Counted from the first letter of the stretch, positions 1 through 9,824 are shown. The stretch is 64,000 nucleotides of DNA from Hymenobacter sublimis (GCF_023101345.1 NZ_CP095848.1:2485297-2549296), one strand, 5' to 3'. Numbers and translations are program-made. Notes: generated by a model from the sequence alone, not told the origin.

Positions 1-22
1 CCTGCGCGACATTGCGGCCTAC

Positions 23-3000
23 GTGAACCCAACGGTGCAGGCCGCTACCGGCCTCAAGGACTCCGTAGTTTCGCAGCTGGCCGACTTTTCTCGCGGCCAG
101 TTTCGGGACGTGCTCAGCCGGGCCGGCATGTGCTATTTGCTGCTCGATAAAGAAGCCCGCATCCAGGACGTTAACGAGTATTTCTGCGAGCTGACGGGCC
201 GCCCGGCCCCTACCCTCTACGGCAAGGACTACTTTACTTTGTTTGCGCCGGTGGCCGAACAGGCCCCGCGCCGCTACGCCTTCCACCGGGCCATTGATGA
301 AGAGGAGCTGCAGGATTTCACGGAACGCTCCTTGCTGACGATTTCCGGCCAGGGCCGCACCTTTTTCTGGCACTCTGAATTTGAGCGGGACGAACAGGGC
401 GTTATTACCGGAATTCTGTTTGTAGGGCGGGATATTACCGACAAGCAGGTGGCCGTGCGCGCCCTCACCGACAACCGCAACCGCCTCCAGGACTTCCTCG
501 ACAATGCCCACGACCTGATTCAGAACCTGAGCATCGACAACCGGTTTCTGTTCGTGAATAAGGCCTGGAAGGAAAAGCTGGGCTACGAAGACGAGGACCT
601 ACCCCACCTGACCCTCTCGGATGTGGTGCACCCCTACTACAAGGCCAAGCTGCTTTACCAGCTGCGCAACCTGTACAAGGGCGAAAAGGTGAACAAGCTC
701 GAAACGGTGTTCCTGACCAAATCGGGCAAGCCGATTCACCTGATCGGCTCCATCAGCTGCTCCTGGCAGGACAACGAGCCGGTAAGCACCCGCGCCATTC
801 TGCACGACATCACGGACCGCATCAAGGCCGAGCGCCTGCAGAAGGTGTACTATAGCATTGCTAATCTGGCCATTAGCTCCAAGGATCTGCACTCTCTTTA
901 CGGGGCCATTCACCGGGAGCTAAGCAAGATCATTGAAACCAATAACTTCTACATTGCCCTCTGCGACGAGGCCCGCACCCAGCTGCAGTTCGCCTATTTC
1001 GTGGATCAGAACGCCCAGGGCGGCGACCAAAGCATGATGGCCCGGCCCTTCTCCTCGGGCGTGTCGGAGTACATCATCCGGACGGGGCGGCCCCAGTACC
1101 TGCTGCGCCAGGAGCTGCAGGACCTAATTCAGACCGGCACCATTACGGCCTACGGACTGATGCCCGAGGTCATGCTCTGCTCCCCCCTAAGCATTGGGGA
1201 GCGAATCATTGGCGTCATCGCCGTGCAGGACTACCAGAAGGCCGATGCCTACGCGGCGGCCGATATTGAGATTCTGCACTTTATTTCCAACCAGGTGGCC
1301 CTGGCCATTGAACGCAAGCGCAATGAGGTTCAGATTCAGAAGCAGAACGCCCGCCTGAACGCCATTTTTGAGAGCGGTTCCCACCTGATGTGGTCCGTGG
1401 ATACGCACTCCCGCCTGGCTTCCTTTAACCGCAACTACGCCGCCTACTTCTTGCGCCGCAACGGCGTGTACCCGGCCCTGAACGTGAACCTCTGGCAGGC
1501 CGATGTGGCCCTGATGGAGGAAGACGCTCGCAAGGCCTTCATTGAGAATTACCGCAAGGCCTTCCAGGGTCATCCGCAGCGGTTTGAGGTACGCCTGCGC
1601 GATGCCCGGGGCCACGACACTTGGCGCGAAATCTACCTCAACCCTATCTACCTCGACGACGGCTCCTTTGAGGAAATATCGGGCATTGCCCACGACATTA
1701 CCGAGACGAAACGCTCCCAGCTGGAGCTGGCCGCGCAAGAAGAGAAGTTCCGGGCCATTTTCGAGTCGTTCCAGGACGTGTACTACCGCACGGATGCCGA
1801 CGGCATGCTCACGCTGCTCAGCCCCTCGGTGATGGACATGCTGGGCTATACCCCGGAGGAGGCCCTGGGTCACTACATCGGCGACTATTACACGTATCCG
1901 CAGCAGCGCGCTTCCCTGCTGGAAAGCGTGCGCCAGAATGGCGAGGCCCGCAACTTCGAAATTGCCATGCGCCACAAAGATGGCCATGCAGTGAGCGTGC
2001 TGGTAAATGCCCGTCAGGTAGGCAACGGAGAAGCAGCCGGCACGGAAGGCATTGCCCGCGACATCACGGAGATGAAGCAGATGCAGGACGACTTGCGCCG
2101 TGCCAAGGAGGCCGCCGAGCAGGCCCTGGAGGCCAAAACGCTGTTCCTGGCCAACATGAGCCACGAGCTACGCACGCCCATGAACGGCATCATTGGCATG
2201 ATTGATTTGCTCCACCAGACCGTGTCATCGGAGGAGCAGGAGGAGTACGTGGATACCCTGCGTAAATCCTCCGATGCCCTGCTGGCTATTCTGAATGATA
2301 TTCTGGACTTGTCGAAAATTCAGGCGGGCAAGCTGCAACTCAGCGAGTCCGGCATCGACTTGCACTACACCCTGGATAAGATTCACTCCTTGTTTGCCAA
2401 CCGGGCCAACCAAAAGAATCTGAATTTCACGTACCACATCACGCCGCACACGCCGCGCTTTATTATCACGGACGAAACGCGGCTGCTGCAAATCCTGAGC
2501 AACCTTACCTCCAACGCCATCAAGTTTACGGCCGCCGGTACGGTGAGCATTATCGTGTCCTCGACCGTGACGGATGGGGAGGAGCATACCCTGCGCTTTG
2601 CCGTGCAGGACTCGGGCATTGGCATTTCGGAGGAAAACGAGAAGCTGCTGTTTACCAACTTCACCCAGCTCGACACGACCCCGACCAAAGCCTTTGGCGG
2701 CACGGGGCTGGGCCTGGCCATCAGCAAGCAGCTCGCCAGCCTGCTGGGCGGCGAAATCGGCATTTACTCCAATGTGGGCGACGGCTCGACTTTCTGGTTC
2801 ACAATTCGCTGCCAGGTAGCCCACAACGAGGAGGAAATTGTGCAGGAGCGGCTCACGGCGCGGGAACGGCCCCAGGAAGTGGTGCGCTTTGAATCAGCCC
2901 CGCGGGTGCTGCTAGTCGATGATAACCCCATCAACCAGAAGGTAGCCACGCGCCTACTCGACAAGCTGGGCTGCGACATTGTGGTGGCCTCCGACGGTTT

Positions 3001-3673
3001 CGAGGCCATCAGTCAGGCCACGGCGCCTAAGGCTACCTACGATTTAATTTTCATGGACATCCAGATGCCGGAAATGGATGGGGTTACTGCCATGCAGGAA
3101 ATCCGGCAGCGCCTGGGCAGTGCCTGCCCGCCCATTGTGGCCATGACGGCCTACTCCATGAAGGAAGACGCTGAGCGGTTTGTGCAGCAGGGCATGGACG
3201 ACTACGTCTCGAAGCCAGTGAAAAGCCAGGACCTGTACGCCGTGTTGCGGCGCTGGACCACGGGCCGCGCCACGGCTACGGCCGTGCTGCCAGCCGAGGC
3301 GGACGCAACGACCACCGAGCCAGCCACTATTCCACCCATCGACCTGGAAATTGTGGAGCAGTTGCGGCAATTGGGCGGCGGCGAGTTTGCGGCTGAGCTC
3401 TACCAAGACTTCGAGCAGGAAGCCGAGCAGGTGCTCAGCGAAGCGGCTGAATTAGTAGGTGCCGGGCAGTACGAGCAGATTTTGCCACATTTGCACCAAT
3501 TAAAAGGCACGGGTTTCACGTTGGGTATTCAGGAGATGGCAGAATGTGCCAAAGCATTAGAACATGAGTTGAAAAATGGCCGTACGGAAAATACACCGGC
3601 GGATTTTCAACGTCTGCTTGATTACTTTGCACAATTCAAGGCCGCCTACCCTGCACTTACCCGGGCCTTGTAG
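23..3673 (+). CDS. Hybrid sensor histidine kinase/response regulator with PAS/GAF sensor modules, HisKA, HATPase, receiver and C-terminal Hpt domain. The reading frame is open upstream to the window edge, so the gene is probably 5'-truncated.
   Basis: The translation contains the H-box 'SHELRTPMNGIIGM', the ATPase G-boxes 'DSGIGISEE...GGTGLGLAISKQL', the receiver motifs 'LLVDDNPINQKV...IFMDIQMPEMDG...KP', and the Hpt motif 'HQLKGTGFTLG'. The frame containing nt 23 has no stop back to nt 2. Confidence 0.85.
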   Translation: MNPTVQAATGLKDSVVSQLADFSRGQFRDVLSRAGMCYLLLDKEARIQDVNEYFCELTGRPAPTLYGKDYFTLFAPVAEQAPRRYAFHRAIDEEELQDFTERSLLTISGQGRTFFWHSEFERDEQGVITGILFVGRDITDKQVAVRALTDNRNRLQDFLDNAHDLIQNLSIDNRFLFVNKAWKEKLGYEDEDLPHLTLSDVVHPYYKAKLLYQLRNLYKGEKVNKLETVFLTKSGKPIHLIGSISCSWQDNEPVSTRAILHDITDRIKAERLQKVYYSIANLAISSKDLHSLYGAIHRELSKIIETNNFYIALCDEARTQLQFAYFVDQNAQGGDQSMMARPFSSGVSEYIIRTGRPQYLLRQELQDLIQTGTITAYGLMPEVMLCSPLSIGERIIGVIAVQDYQKADAYAAADIEILHFISNQVALAIERKRNEVQIQKQNARLNAIFESGSHLMWSVDTHSRLASFNRNYAAYFLRRNGVYPALNVNLWQADVALMEEDARKAFIENYRKAFQGHPQRFEVRLRDARGHDTWREIYLNPIYLDDGSFEEISGIAHDITETKRSQLELAAQEEKFRAIFESFQDVYYRTDADGMLTLLSPSVMDMLGYTPEEALGHYIGDYYTYPQQRASLLESVRQNGEARNFEIAMRHKDGHAVSVLVNARQVGNGEAAGTEGIARDITEMKQMQDDLRRAKEAAEQALEAKTLFLANMSHELRTPMNGIIGMIDLLHQTVSSEEQEEYVDTLRKSSDALLAILNDILDLSKIQAGKLQLSESGIDLHYTLDKIHSLFANRANQKNLNFTYHITPHTPRFIITDETRLLQILSNLTSNAIKFTAAGTVSIIVSSTVTDGEEHTLRFAVQDSGIGISEENEKLLFTNFTQLDTTPTKAFGGTGLGLAISKQLASLLGGEIGIYSNVGDGSTFWFTIRCQVAHNEEEIVQERLTARERPQEVVRFESAPRVLLVDDNPINQKVATRLLDKLGCDIVVASDGFEAISQATAPKATYDLIFMDIQMPEMDGVTAMQEIRQRLGSACPPIVAMTAYSMKEDAERFVQQGMDDYVSKPVKSQDLYAVLRRWTTGRATATAVLPAEADATTTEPATIPPIDLEIVEQLRQLGGGEFAAELYQDFEQEAEQVLSEAAELVGAGQYEQILPHLHQLKGTGFTLGIQEMAECAKALEHELKNGRTENTPADFQRLLDYFAQFKAAYPALTRAL

Positions 3674-3754
3674 CCAGCCACCTCGCTTTTCGCGCCTGGC
3701 GTTTGACAACATCCTCACAACCCCTCACCGAAGTATCCACTCTTTCTCCCTCTC

Positions 3755-4132
3755 ATGGCCGACTCTAAAACTATCTTGATTGCCGAGGACAGTTCCGTTA
3801 TCCTGAACCTGACCAAGAAAATTCTGGAACTCCAGAAGTATCGCATTGTCTCGGCCAAAAATGGCGGCGAAGTCATTAAGCAGGTGGAAAGTCAGCCCAT
3901 TGACTGCGTGCTGATGGACATCAACATTCCCGTGAAGGACGGCATGGAATGCACCCGCGAAATCCGCCGCCACTCCGACCCGCGCATTGCCAAAATTCCG
4001 GTTATTGCCATTACCGGCAACGCCAACAACTACTCTATGGAGCAGTTCCGGGAAGCCGGTGTCACCGACTACCTGCCTAAGCCCCTGGACTTTGATGCCC
4101 TCGTGCGTGTGGTGAAGCAGTACATCGGTTAA
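3755..4132 (+). CDS. Single-domain response regulator (CheY-like receiver)
   Basis: Motifs 'ILIAEDSSVI...DCVLMDINIPVKDG...IPVIAITGNA...YLPKP'. The gene sits directly downstream of the hybrid kinase. Confidence 0.8.
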   Translation: MADSKTILIAEDSSVILNLTKKILELQKYRIVSAKNGGEVIKQVESQPIDCVLMDINIPVKDGMECTREIRRHSDPRIAKIPVIAITGNANNYSMEQFREAGVTDYLPKPLDFDALVRVVKQYIG

Positions 4133-4135
4133 TTA

Positions 4136-4247
4136 GTTGGGTCTTGGGGTCCTGGGGTCTTAGGGTCTTGGATGGCGGTTTTACTTACACTCACTTCTGT
4201 GTAGTGGCACATCATCCAAGACCCTAAGACCCCAGGACCCCAAGACC
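4136..4247. repeat. Long inverted repeat: ~36-bp arms (GGGTCTTGGGGTCCTGGGGTCTTAGGGTCTTGGATG and its reverse complement) around a ~37-bp loop. Probably a bidirectional terminator or MITE-like element.
   Basis: Seen directly in the sequence. The arms also contain an internal GGGTC(T/C)T(G/A)GGG sub-repeat. Confidence 0.6.
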
Positions 4248-4256
4248 CTATTTCTC

Positions 4257-5030
4257 ATGGAAATCACCTTCCTTGGTACGGGCACGTCGCAGGGCGTGCC
4301 CGTCATTGGCTGCTCCTGCCTAGTGTGCCGATCTGTGGACTACCGCGACAAGCGGCTGCGGGTGTCGGTGCATCTGCAGGTACAAGGCAAAAGCATCATC
4401 ATCGATTCGGGCCCTGATTTCCGGCAGCAGGCCCTGCGGGAGCACATCAACCACCTGGATGCGCTGGTGTTCACCCATGAGCACAAGGACCACACGGGCG
4501 GCCTCGACGATATCCGGGCCTATAATTTCCGCCAGCAGCAGGACATGCCCCTGCACGCCGAGCCGCGGGTACTGGACCAGCTCCGGCGCGAGTATGCCTA
4601 CATCTTCTCCGAGCACAAGTACCCCGGTATTCCGCAGGTCCAGATGCACCCCATCCTCAGCGACACGGAAAGCTTCTGGGTAGAAGGCGTAGAATTTCAA
4701 CCAATTCGGGCGTTGCACTATAAGCTACCGGTGCTAGGGTTCCGGGTAGGCAGTTTCACCTACGTCACCGACGCCAACCACCTCGGGCCGGAGGCCCTGG
4801 AACGCATGCGTGGCTCCGAAGTCATTGTGCTGAATGCCCTGCGCCACGAGCAGCACATATCCCACTTCACCCTGCGGGAAGCCGTGGCTATTCTGGAAGA
4901 CTTGGCTCCCAGCCGCGCCTACCTCACCCACATTAGCCACCAGTTGGGTCGTCACCGCGAAATTGAGGCCGAATTACCCAGCTTCATCAAGCTGGCGTAT
5001 GATGGCCTGCGCGTGACAGTGCAGGTTTAG
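4257..5030 (+). CDS. MBL-fold metallo-hydrolase
   Basis: HxHxDH motif 'THEHKDHTGG' and an N-terminal 'FLGTGTSQGVP' beta-lactamase-fold start. Confidence 0.75.
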   Translation: MEITFLGTGTSQGVPVIGCSCLVCRSVDYRDKRLRVSVHLQVQGKSIIIDSGPDFRQQALREHINHLDALVFTHEHKDHTGGLDDIRAYNFRQQQDMPLHAEPRVLDQLRREYAYIFSEHKYPGIPQVQMHPILSDTESFWVEGVEFQPIRALHYKLPVLGFRVGSFTYVTDANHLGPEALERMRGSEVIVLNALRHEQHISHFTLREAVAILEDLAPSRAYLTHISHQLGRHREIEAELPSFIKLAYDGLRVTVQV

Positions 5031-5036
5031 TTTATT

Positions 5037-5519
5037 ATGTGGTGGATACCATCAACAGAAGACATCCTCGTATCGAAACTCGCGCCTGAGGATGTGCTAC
5101 GCATTGTCGAAGCAAACACAGCCTGCTCTTCTACTTTTATCCCTCAAAAAGAGCTTTTTCGAGGTACAATTCAGGCCAATAGGTTTGCTATCTGGCGGCT
5201 CTCTATGTTCACTAATTGGGCAACGTGGCCGCAAGTTACCGGCTGGATCGAACCGAATCCATATGGTTCTGGCACTGTGTTACTGCTTCGGCAGCGCGCA
5301 AGTCTGATAGCTTTTGGGTTTGGTAGTATTTCTTCCTTTCTGATAGCAATGGGCGTTTCTGCCTTGTTATGGGAGCCAATGCTTGACGGTAAACTTCACT
5401 TACCACAGCTATTACTTCCGTTTCTATTTCCACTCTGCATCATCCTGTTTACACTGCTGCCGTTCCGGCTTGCGGCAGCTGAAAATAGGCGTATTCTCAC
5501 TCGCTTACTTTTTCTGTAG
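5037..5519 (+). CDS. Hypothetical membrane protein
   Basis: Hydrophobic segments in the C-terminal half. Compact spacing after the MBL gene. Confidence 0.4.
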   Translation: MWWIPSTEDILVSKLAPEDVLRIVEANTACSSTFIPQKELFRGTIQANRFAIWRLSMFTNWATWPQVTGWIEPNPYGSGTVLLLRQRASLIAFGFGSISSFLIAMGVSALLWEPMLDGKLHLPQLLLPFLFPLCIILFTLLPFRLAAAENRRILTRLLFL

Positions 5520-5552
5520 CAAGTGGTTGAATCGTAGCTTCCTACCTATTTC

Positions 5553-7136
5553 ATGCACACCAACTATTACTTTCTGCGCCAACTTGCGCCGGCTCTTGCT
5601 CAACAATTGGCCGGTTACACGGTAGCAACGTGCTTTTCGCAGGAGAAGGATGAATTGGTGATTGGCCTGACAAATGGTGCGCAGGAATTCTGGCTAAAGG
5701 CACACCTGGCCGCGGCTGGCCCCATGCTGGCGATGCCCGAATCGTTTCACCGGGCCCGGCAGAACTCTGTGGACCTGCTACCAGAACTGCTAGGCCAGCA
5801 AGTAGCAGCGGTGGCCGCTTGGCCTAACGACCGGGTGCTACAGCTAAGCTTTCAGAGTGGGGCCACTCTTTTGTTCAAGTTATACAGCACCCGACCCAAC
5901 GCGGTATTCCGCCCTACCCCCGAGGCGCCCGCCGAATTATTTCATCAGCGTTACACCGCCGATGCGGAGTTACTACCGGTGGTCGATGCTGCGGCCCCTA
6001 CCCCTCTCAGGCCTACTGAGCTGCCCGCCAATCCGCTTAAGGCCTACCCCAGCCTCAACGATGTGGCTTTGGCTTACTTGCGCACTCGCGGCTATGACCC
6101 CGCCCCGCTAGAAACCAAGTGGCAGCTTGTACGCGAAACCGTGCTGGAGCTGGAAAACCCGGCGGCTTTCTACATCATTCGCCTGGACGGCCGCACGCGC
6201 CTGAGTTTGTTGCCCGTGGGCGAGGTAGAGTACACCCTGCCAGCAACTGACCCCATTGGGGCGCTGCGTCGCTTCGTGCCGCTGCTGCTCAACCGCCGCG
6301 CCTACGAAGCCGAGTTACGGCAGTTGCGCCAGCAACTAGAAAAGCGCGCCGATGAAGCCGCTACCAGCGCCCAGCACGCCCGACGCCGCCTACACGCCCT
6401 GGAAAATACCGTGGGCTACCGCCAAACCGCCGACCTGATTATGGCCCACCTCACCCAGATTCCGGCCGGCGCCAAGCAGGTAGAAGTCGTTGATTTCTAC
6501 CAGGATAACCAGCCGCGCACGATCAAGCTTAAGCCTACCGAAACGCCCCAGCGCACGGCCCAGAACCTCTACCGCAAAGCCAAAAATCAGCAGCTGGAAA
6601 CCCGGGAGCTCAACGCCCGCGCCGAGCGCCGTGAAACGGAAGCCTTCTGGTGCTTGGAGCGTCTGGAAGAGTTAGCAGCCCTACCCGCTGGCGAGCTACG
6701 CACCTTGCGGCAGTGGCGCAAACAGCACGGCCTCGATCCAGCTTCGGCGGCCAAAGCAGCTCAAGAGCTGCCGTTTAAGGTATTCGAAGACAGCGGCTTT
6801 ACCATTCTGGTAGGCCGCAATGCGCAAAACAATGACCTACTCACTCAGCGCTACGCCCACAAAGACGACCTATGGCTGCACGCCAAGGACGTCACGGGTT
6901 CCCACGTGGTAGTGCGGCAGCGGCCTGGCCACGCGGTGCCGGCGCCGGTGCTGGAACGTGCCGCTCAGCTGGCTGCCTGGTACTCGCGCCGCAAAAACGA
7001 CTCCCTCTGCCCGGTCACGTACACGCCCAAGAAATTTGTACGCAAGCCCAAGGGCGCCATTGCCGGCCAAGTAGTAGTGGAACGCGAAAACGTACTGCTA
7101 GTAGTACCCGCCAATCCGTTTGAACGGGCAGAGTAA
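5553..7136 (+). CDS. NFACT/DUF814 family protein (RqcH/FbpA-like ribosome quality control homolog)
   Basis: C-terminal NFACT-R/DUF814 signature 'ILVGRNAQNNDLLTQRYAHKDDLWLHAKDVTGSHVVV', a coiled-coil middle region, and a size of ~530 aa. Confidence 0.7.
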   Translation: MHTNYYFLRQLAPALAQQLAGYTVATCFSQEKDELVIGLTNGAQEFWLKAHLAAAGPMLAMPESFHRARQNSVDLLPELLGQQVAAVAAWPNDRVLQLSFQSGATLLFKLYSTRPNAVFRPTPEAPAELFHQRYTADAELLPVVDAAAPTPLRPTELPANPLKAYPSLNDVALAYLRTRGYDPAPLETKWQLVRETVLELENPAAFYIIRLDGRTRLSLLPVGEVEYTLPATDPIGALRRFVPLLLNRRAYEAELRQLRQQLEKRADEAATSAQHARRRLHALENTVGYRQTADLIMAHLTQIPAGAKQVEVVDFYQDNQPRTIKLKPTETPQRTAQNLYRKAKNQQLETRELNARAERRETEAFWCLERLEELAALPAGELRTLRQWRKQHGLDPASAAKAAQELPFKVFEDSGFTILVGRNAQNNDLLTQRYAHKDDLWLHAKDVTGSHVVVRQRPGHAVPAPVLERAAQLAAWYSRRKNDSLCPVTYTPKKFVRKPKGAIAGQVVVERENVLLVVPANPFERAE

Positions 7137-7295
7137 GTATGCAGGCAGATTTTTGGGTAGCAGCTTTTATGTATGCCAGCAACTGAAAGTACCTGACCTA
7201 TTGCTAGGGTAGCGCGGGGTGGCAAGCAGGAAGATCATTTCAAGTCAAGGGTTCTACGGGACCTATCAGTAGTAAAACTCTCGGCTACGATGGCC

Positions 7296-7346
7296 GCCGC
7301 GTAAAAACCAACAGCCCCACTCCGGAAACCGAAGCGGGGCTGTTGT
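7296..7346 (-). terminator. Rho-independent terminator for tRNA-Leu
   Basis: On the minus strand: hairpin CAACAGCCCCGCTTCGGTTTCCGGAGTGGGGCTGTTG followed by TTTTT. Confidence 0.5.
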
Positions 7347-7350
7347 AGAG

Positions 7351-7433
7351 TGCGCGCGGGGAGATTCGAACTCCCACACCCGAAGGCACCACCCCCTCAA
7401 GATGGCGTGTCTACCAGTTTCACCACGTGCGCA
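7351..7433 (-). tRNA. tRNA-Leu (anticodon GAG), class II with long variable arm; no encoded CCA
   Basis: The reverse complement reads GCGCACG-TG-GTGAAACTGGTAGAC...CTTGAGG (anticodon loop with GAG)...GGGAGTTCGAATCTCCC-CGCGCGC-A. Canonical D-arm and T-arm are present. Confidence 0.75.
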
Positions 7434-7729
7434 GATAATGGTAAGTACTCTTTCACTGGCAAAAGCCGAGGCTTTCGGATTCACTGAGGCGGCGAATCGA
7501 GGACAAAAGTAGAGGGCTGAAGGCTAGGCTCCAAATCCGGTAGGCTATTTTTTCGGAAGCAAGCCTTGATTTAGCTTCTATTCTAAGGTTTCAGCCTCAG
7601 CGTCAGCCGGAAACAATTGCTATGTTTTTCCAACTGATTTCAGCTGTTCCGTTTCACAGCTTGCTTCAACTCCCTACTCCTACTATTGCGTCTATCTTCA
7701 CAGTGCATAAGCCTTCCCAGGCTATAGTG

Positions 7730-7765
7730 CGCAAAAAAGGCTCCCGCGCGGGAGCCTTTTTTGGT
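7730..7765. terminator. Hairpin terminator downstream of dps (AAAAAAGGCTCCCGCGCGGGAGCCTTTTTT)
   Basis: Perfect GC stem flanked by A and T runs. Potentially bidirectional. Confidence 0.55.
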
Positions 7766-7785
7766 GCAATAGGAAGTGTAAGCAG

Positions 7786-8469
7786 CTACTCAGCGCGGGC
7801 CAGGGGCGTGTCTACTACGTGCTCCGAGACGAACCATACCTGCATTTCATTGGTGCGCATCACATTGCTCACAATCAGGTCGTTGGTGCCGTCGTCGCCA
7901 GATTCGTCGGCGCGCTTAGCGAAGTCATGGCAGTTCTTGAGAATAATTTGGTGAGCCTCCAGCAGGCGCGAAACCTGCACGGGAGCTTCTTCCCGGTCGC
8001 GCGGGGGGCGCGGGATGCTCGTCACCTCGGCAATGTCAGCGGCCATGGCCACGGCTACGCCACCCAGAATCTGGATGCGCTCGGCAATCATGTCAATTAG
8101 AGCGTCTTGCTCCTCGTAATGCTTGTCAAACAGCAGGTGCAACTGGTAGAAAGTAGGGCCTACTACCTGCCAATGGTGCTTTTTGTACATGTCGCGGATG
8201 CTGCAAGTGTCGGCTAGCATCTGGTTCAGCATCTCCACGCTCTCCTGGCGAATGTTGGCATCCAGGCCAATAGGTAGGCGCTGCGACACCGTGCCATACT
8301 TCTGCAGAGGAGCAGGCGCGTTGAACTGCTGGTTCAGGATGGGCTGCACACTTGGGCCAGTCTGGCCGTTGGCAGCGCCATTATCTTTCGAGGAAGCAGC
8401 CTTTTTAGTAGCCGAAGCAGTAGGGGCAGCCGATGCGGCCGCAGCATTTTTGGCGGTGGTTTTGGCCAT
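7786..8469 (-). CDS. dps: Dps family DNA-binding ferritin-like protein with an Ala/Lys-rich N-terminal tail. Start chosen at the internal ATG at 8469 rather than the upstream ORF start at 8541.
   Basis: Ferritin-like core 'HWQVVGPTFYQLHLLFDKHYEEQ...DMIAERI' and C-terminal 'EHVVD'. The N-terminal ~70 aa are low-complexity A/K/S rich. Confidence 0.85.
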   Translation of the reverse strand: MAKTTAKNAAAASAAPTASATKKAASSKDNGAANGQTGPSVQPILNQQFNAPAPLQKYGTVSQRLPIGLDANIRQESVEMLNQMLADTCSIRDMYKKHHWQVVGPTFYQLHLLFDKHYEEQDALIDMIAERIQILGGVAVAMAADIAEVTSIPRPPRDREEAPVQVSRLLEAHQIILKNCHDFAKRADESGDDGTNDLIVSNVMRTNEMQVWFVSEHVVDTPLARAE

Positions 8470-8816
8470 GATAGTTGCAGGAAAATAAAGTACGGAGAAG
8501 GGCGGGCAGCCAGTAGCGCACCGCCGTGTTACCATACGCATAAGTGCGGCGCAGGTTAGCGCGGCGGCTATATTTACCCCGAAGGCAGCACGTTTCTTAC
8601 CCCGGGCTAGCTAGGCTCAGCGGTCAGCCCTCGGGCCTAGTTGATCGAGTGGGCGGACGGTTGCGGTTGCCAGCGCCGGCGCAGAGAGTAACTTCGTAGT
8701 TGCGCTGAGCCCCGCCCGGCCCGTCCTTTCCAGGTAGGCTTCCGCTACCGTGTTCCATTAACGGCAACATGACCTGATGGGCCGTTCTTGACTGCTACTT
8801 GTAAACTAGCCTTGTT

Positions 8817-9356
8817 ATGCCTTTTCCTTTTTTCGGCGACGATAAATCAACAATTGCGCAGATGCTGAACACCTTACCCCAAGTTGGGCGTCTGGAGTGG
8901 ATTGGACTGCGGCCCGTGCGGCGCGAGCCAATGCTAGCGGTGGCCGAAGCTACGGCCGAAACCGACCGCCATTTGCACGGCGACCATGCCCGCCCCAAGC
9001 CCGGCGGCAAGCGCCAGGTAACCCTGATTCAGCATGAGCACCTAGCGGCGGTAGCGGGCTACCTGAGTCTGCCTGAGCCTGTTGACCCGGGCCGCCTGCG
9101 GCGCAACCTGGCCGTGAGCGGGCTGAACCTGCTGGCCCTGAAAAACCGGCGAATCCGCATCGGAGAAGAGGTAGTGCTGGAAATTACGGGCGAGTGTCAC
9201 CCTTGCTCCCGCATGGAGGAAGAACTGGGTCCGGGCGGCTATAATGCCATGCGCGGCCACGGTGGTCTTACGGCCCGCATTGTGCAGGGAGGCCTCATGC
9301 GCGCCGGCGACTTAGTGCGGATAGAGCCCACACCGCCAGCGGAGCCAGGCAGCTAA
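8817..9356 (+). CDS. MOSC domain-containing protein
   Basis: 'ITGECHPCSRMEE...GGLTARIVQGGLMRAGDLV' matches the MOSC beta-barrel family (YiiM-like). Confidence 0.75.
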   Translation: MPFPFFGDDKSTIAQMLNTLPQVGRLEWIGLRPVRREPMLAVAEATAETDRHLHGDHARPKPGGKRQVTLIQHEHLAAVAGYLSLPEPVDPGRLRRNLAVSGLNLLALKNRRIRIGEEVVLEITGECHPCSRMEEELGPGGYNAMRGHGGLTARIVQGGLMRAGDLVRIEPTPPAEPGS

Positions 9357-9374
9357 TGGCATAGCTTCCTGGCG

Positions 9375-9824
9375 CTAACTGGTGGTTGTCTGCTGCACCT
9401 CGCGCAGCTGAGCGGTGCAGCGGGTATCAACGCGCAGCACCTGCGAAACTGGGCAGTTTTGCCGGGCATCGTCCACTAGTTCTTGAAACCGGGCGGCAGG
9501 TAGGCGCGGCACCGATGCCTCTACCGTTATGTTCGATTCGCGGATGCACCCCTCTTGCAGCACTATTTCGCAGCGGGCATCAATGTATTCGACGCTAAAG
9601 CCGGCCGCTTGCAAGCCGAAAGCCAGCTTCATGGCGAAGCAGCCCGCATGAGCCGCAGCAATCAACTCCTCCGGGTTCGTGCCAATGCCCTCTTCAAAAC
9701 GAGTATGGTAGCTGTAGCGACAGTTGTCAAGAATAGTGCTGCCGGTGGTAAGATGGCCCGTGCCATCGGTACCACGGCCGTGCCAGCGAGCAGTAGCTGT
9801 ACGCTTAATGGGGGAAACAGCCAT
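9375..9824 (-). CDS. OsmC family peroxiredoxin
   Basis: 'GTNPEELIAAAHAGCFAMKLAF...' with the two conserved Cys of the OsmC/Ohr fold; ~149 aa. Confidence 0.8.
   Translation of the reverse strand: MAVSPIKRTATARWHGRGTDGTGHLTTGSTILDNCRYSYHTRFEEGIGTNPEELIAAAHAGCFAMKLAFGLQAAGFSVEYIDARCEIVLQEGCIRESNITVEASVPRLPAARFQELVDDARQNCPVSQVLRVDTRCTAQLREVQQTTTS

Noticed and set aside
1187-2164. 325-aa ORF antisense to the hybrid kinase. Similar long antisense ORFs lie at 34213-35253, 35278-36018, 54049-55917, 11477-11851 and 20066-20518.
   Set aside because: These are GC-rich shadow ORFs. They are entirely nested in strongly supported genes on the opposite strand, have low-complexity R/A/G/L-rich translations and no motifs.
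7786-8541. Upstream ORF start of dps at 8541 (MRMVTRRCATGCPP...)
   Set aside because: The extension is Cys/Arg-rich and un-protein-like. The ATG at 8469 is preceded by an AT-rich promoter-like region and gives a sensible Lys/Ala tail.
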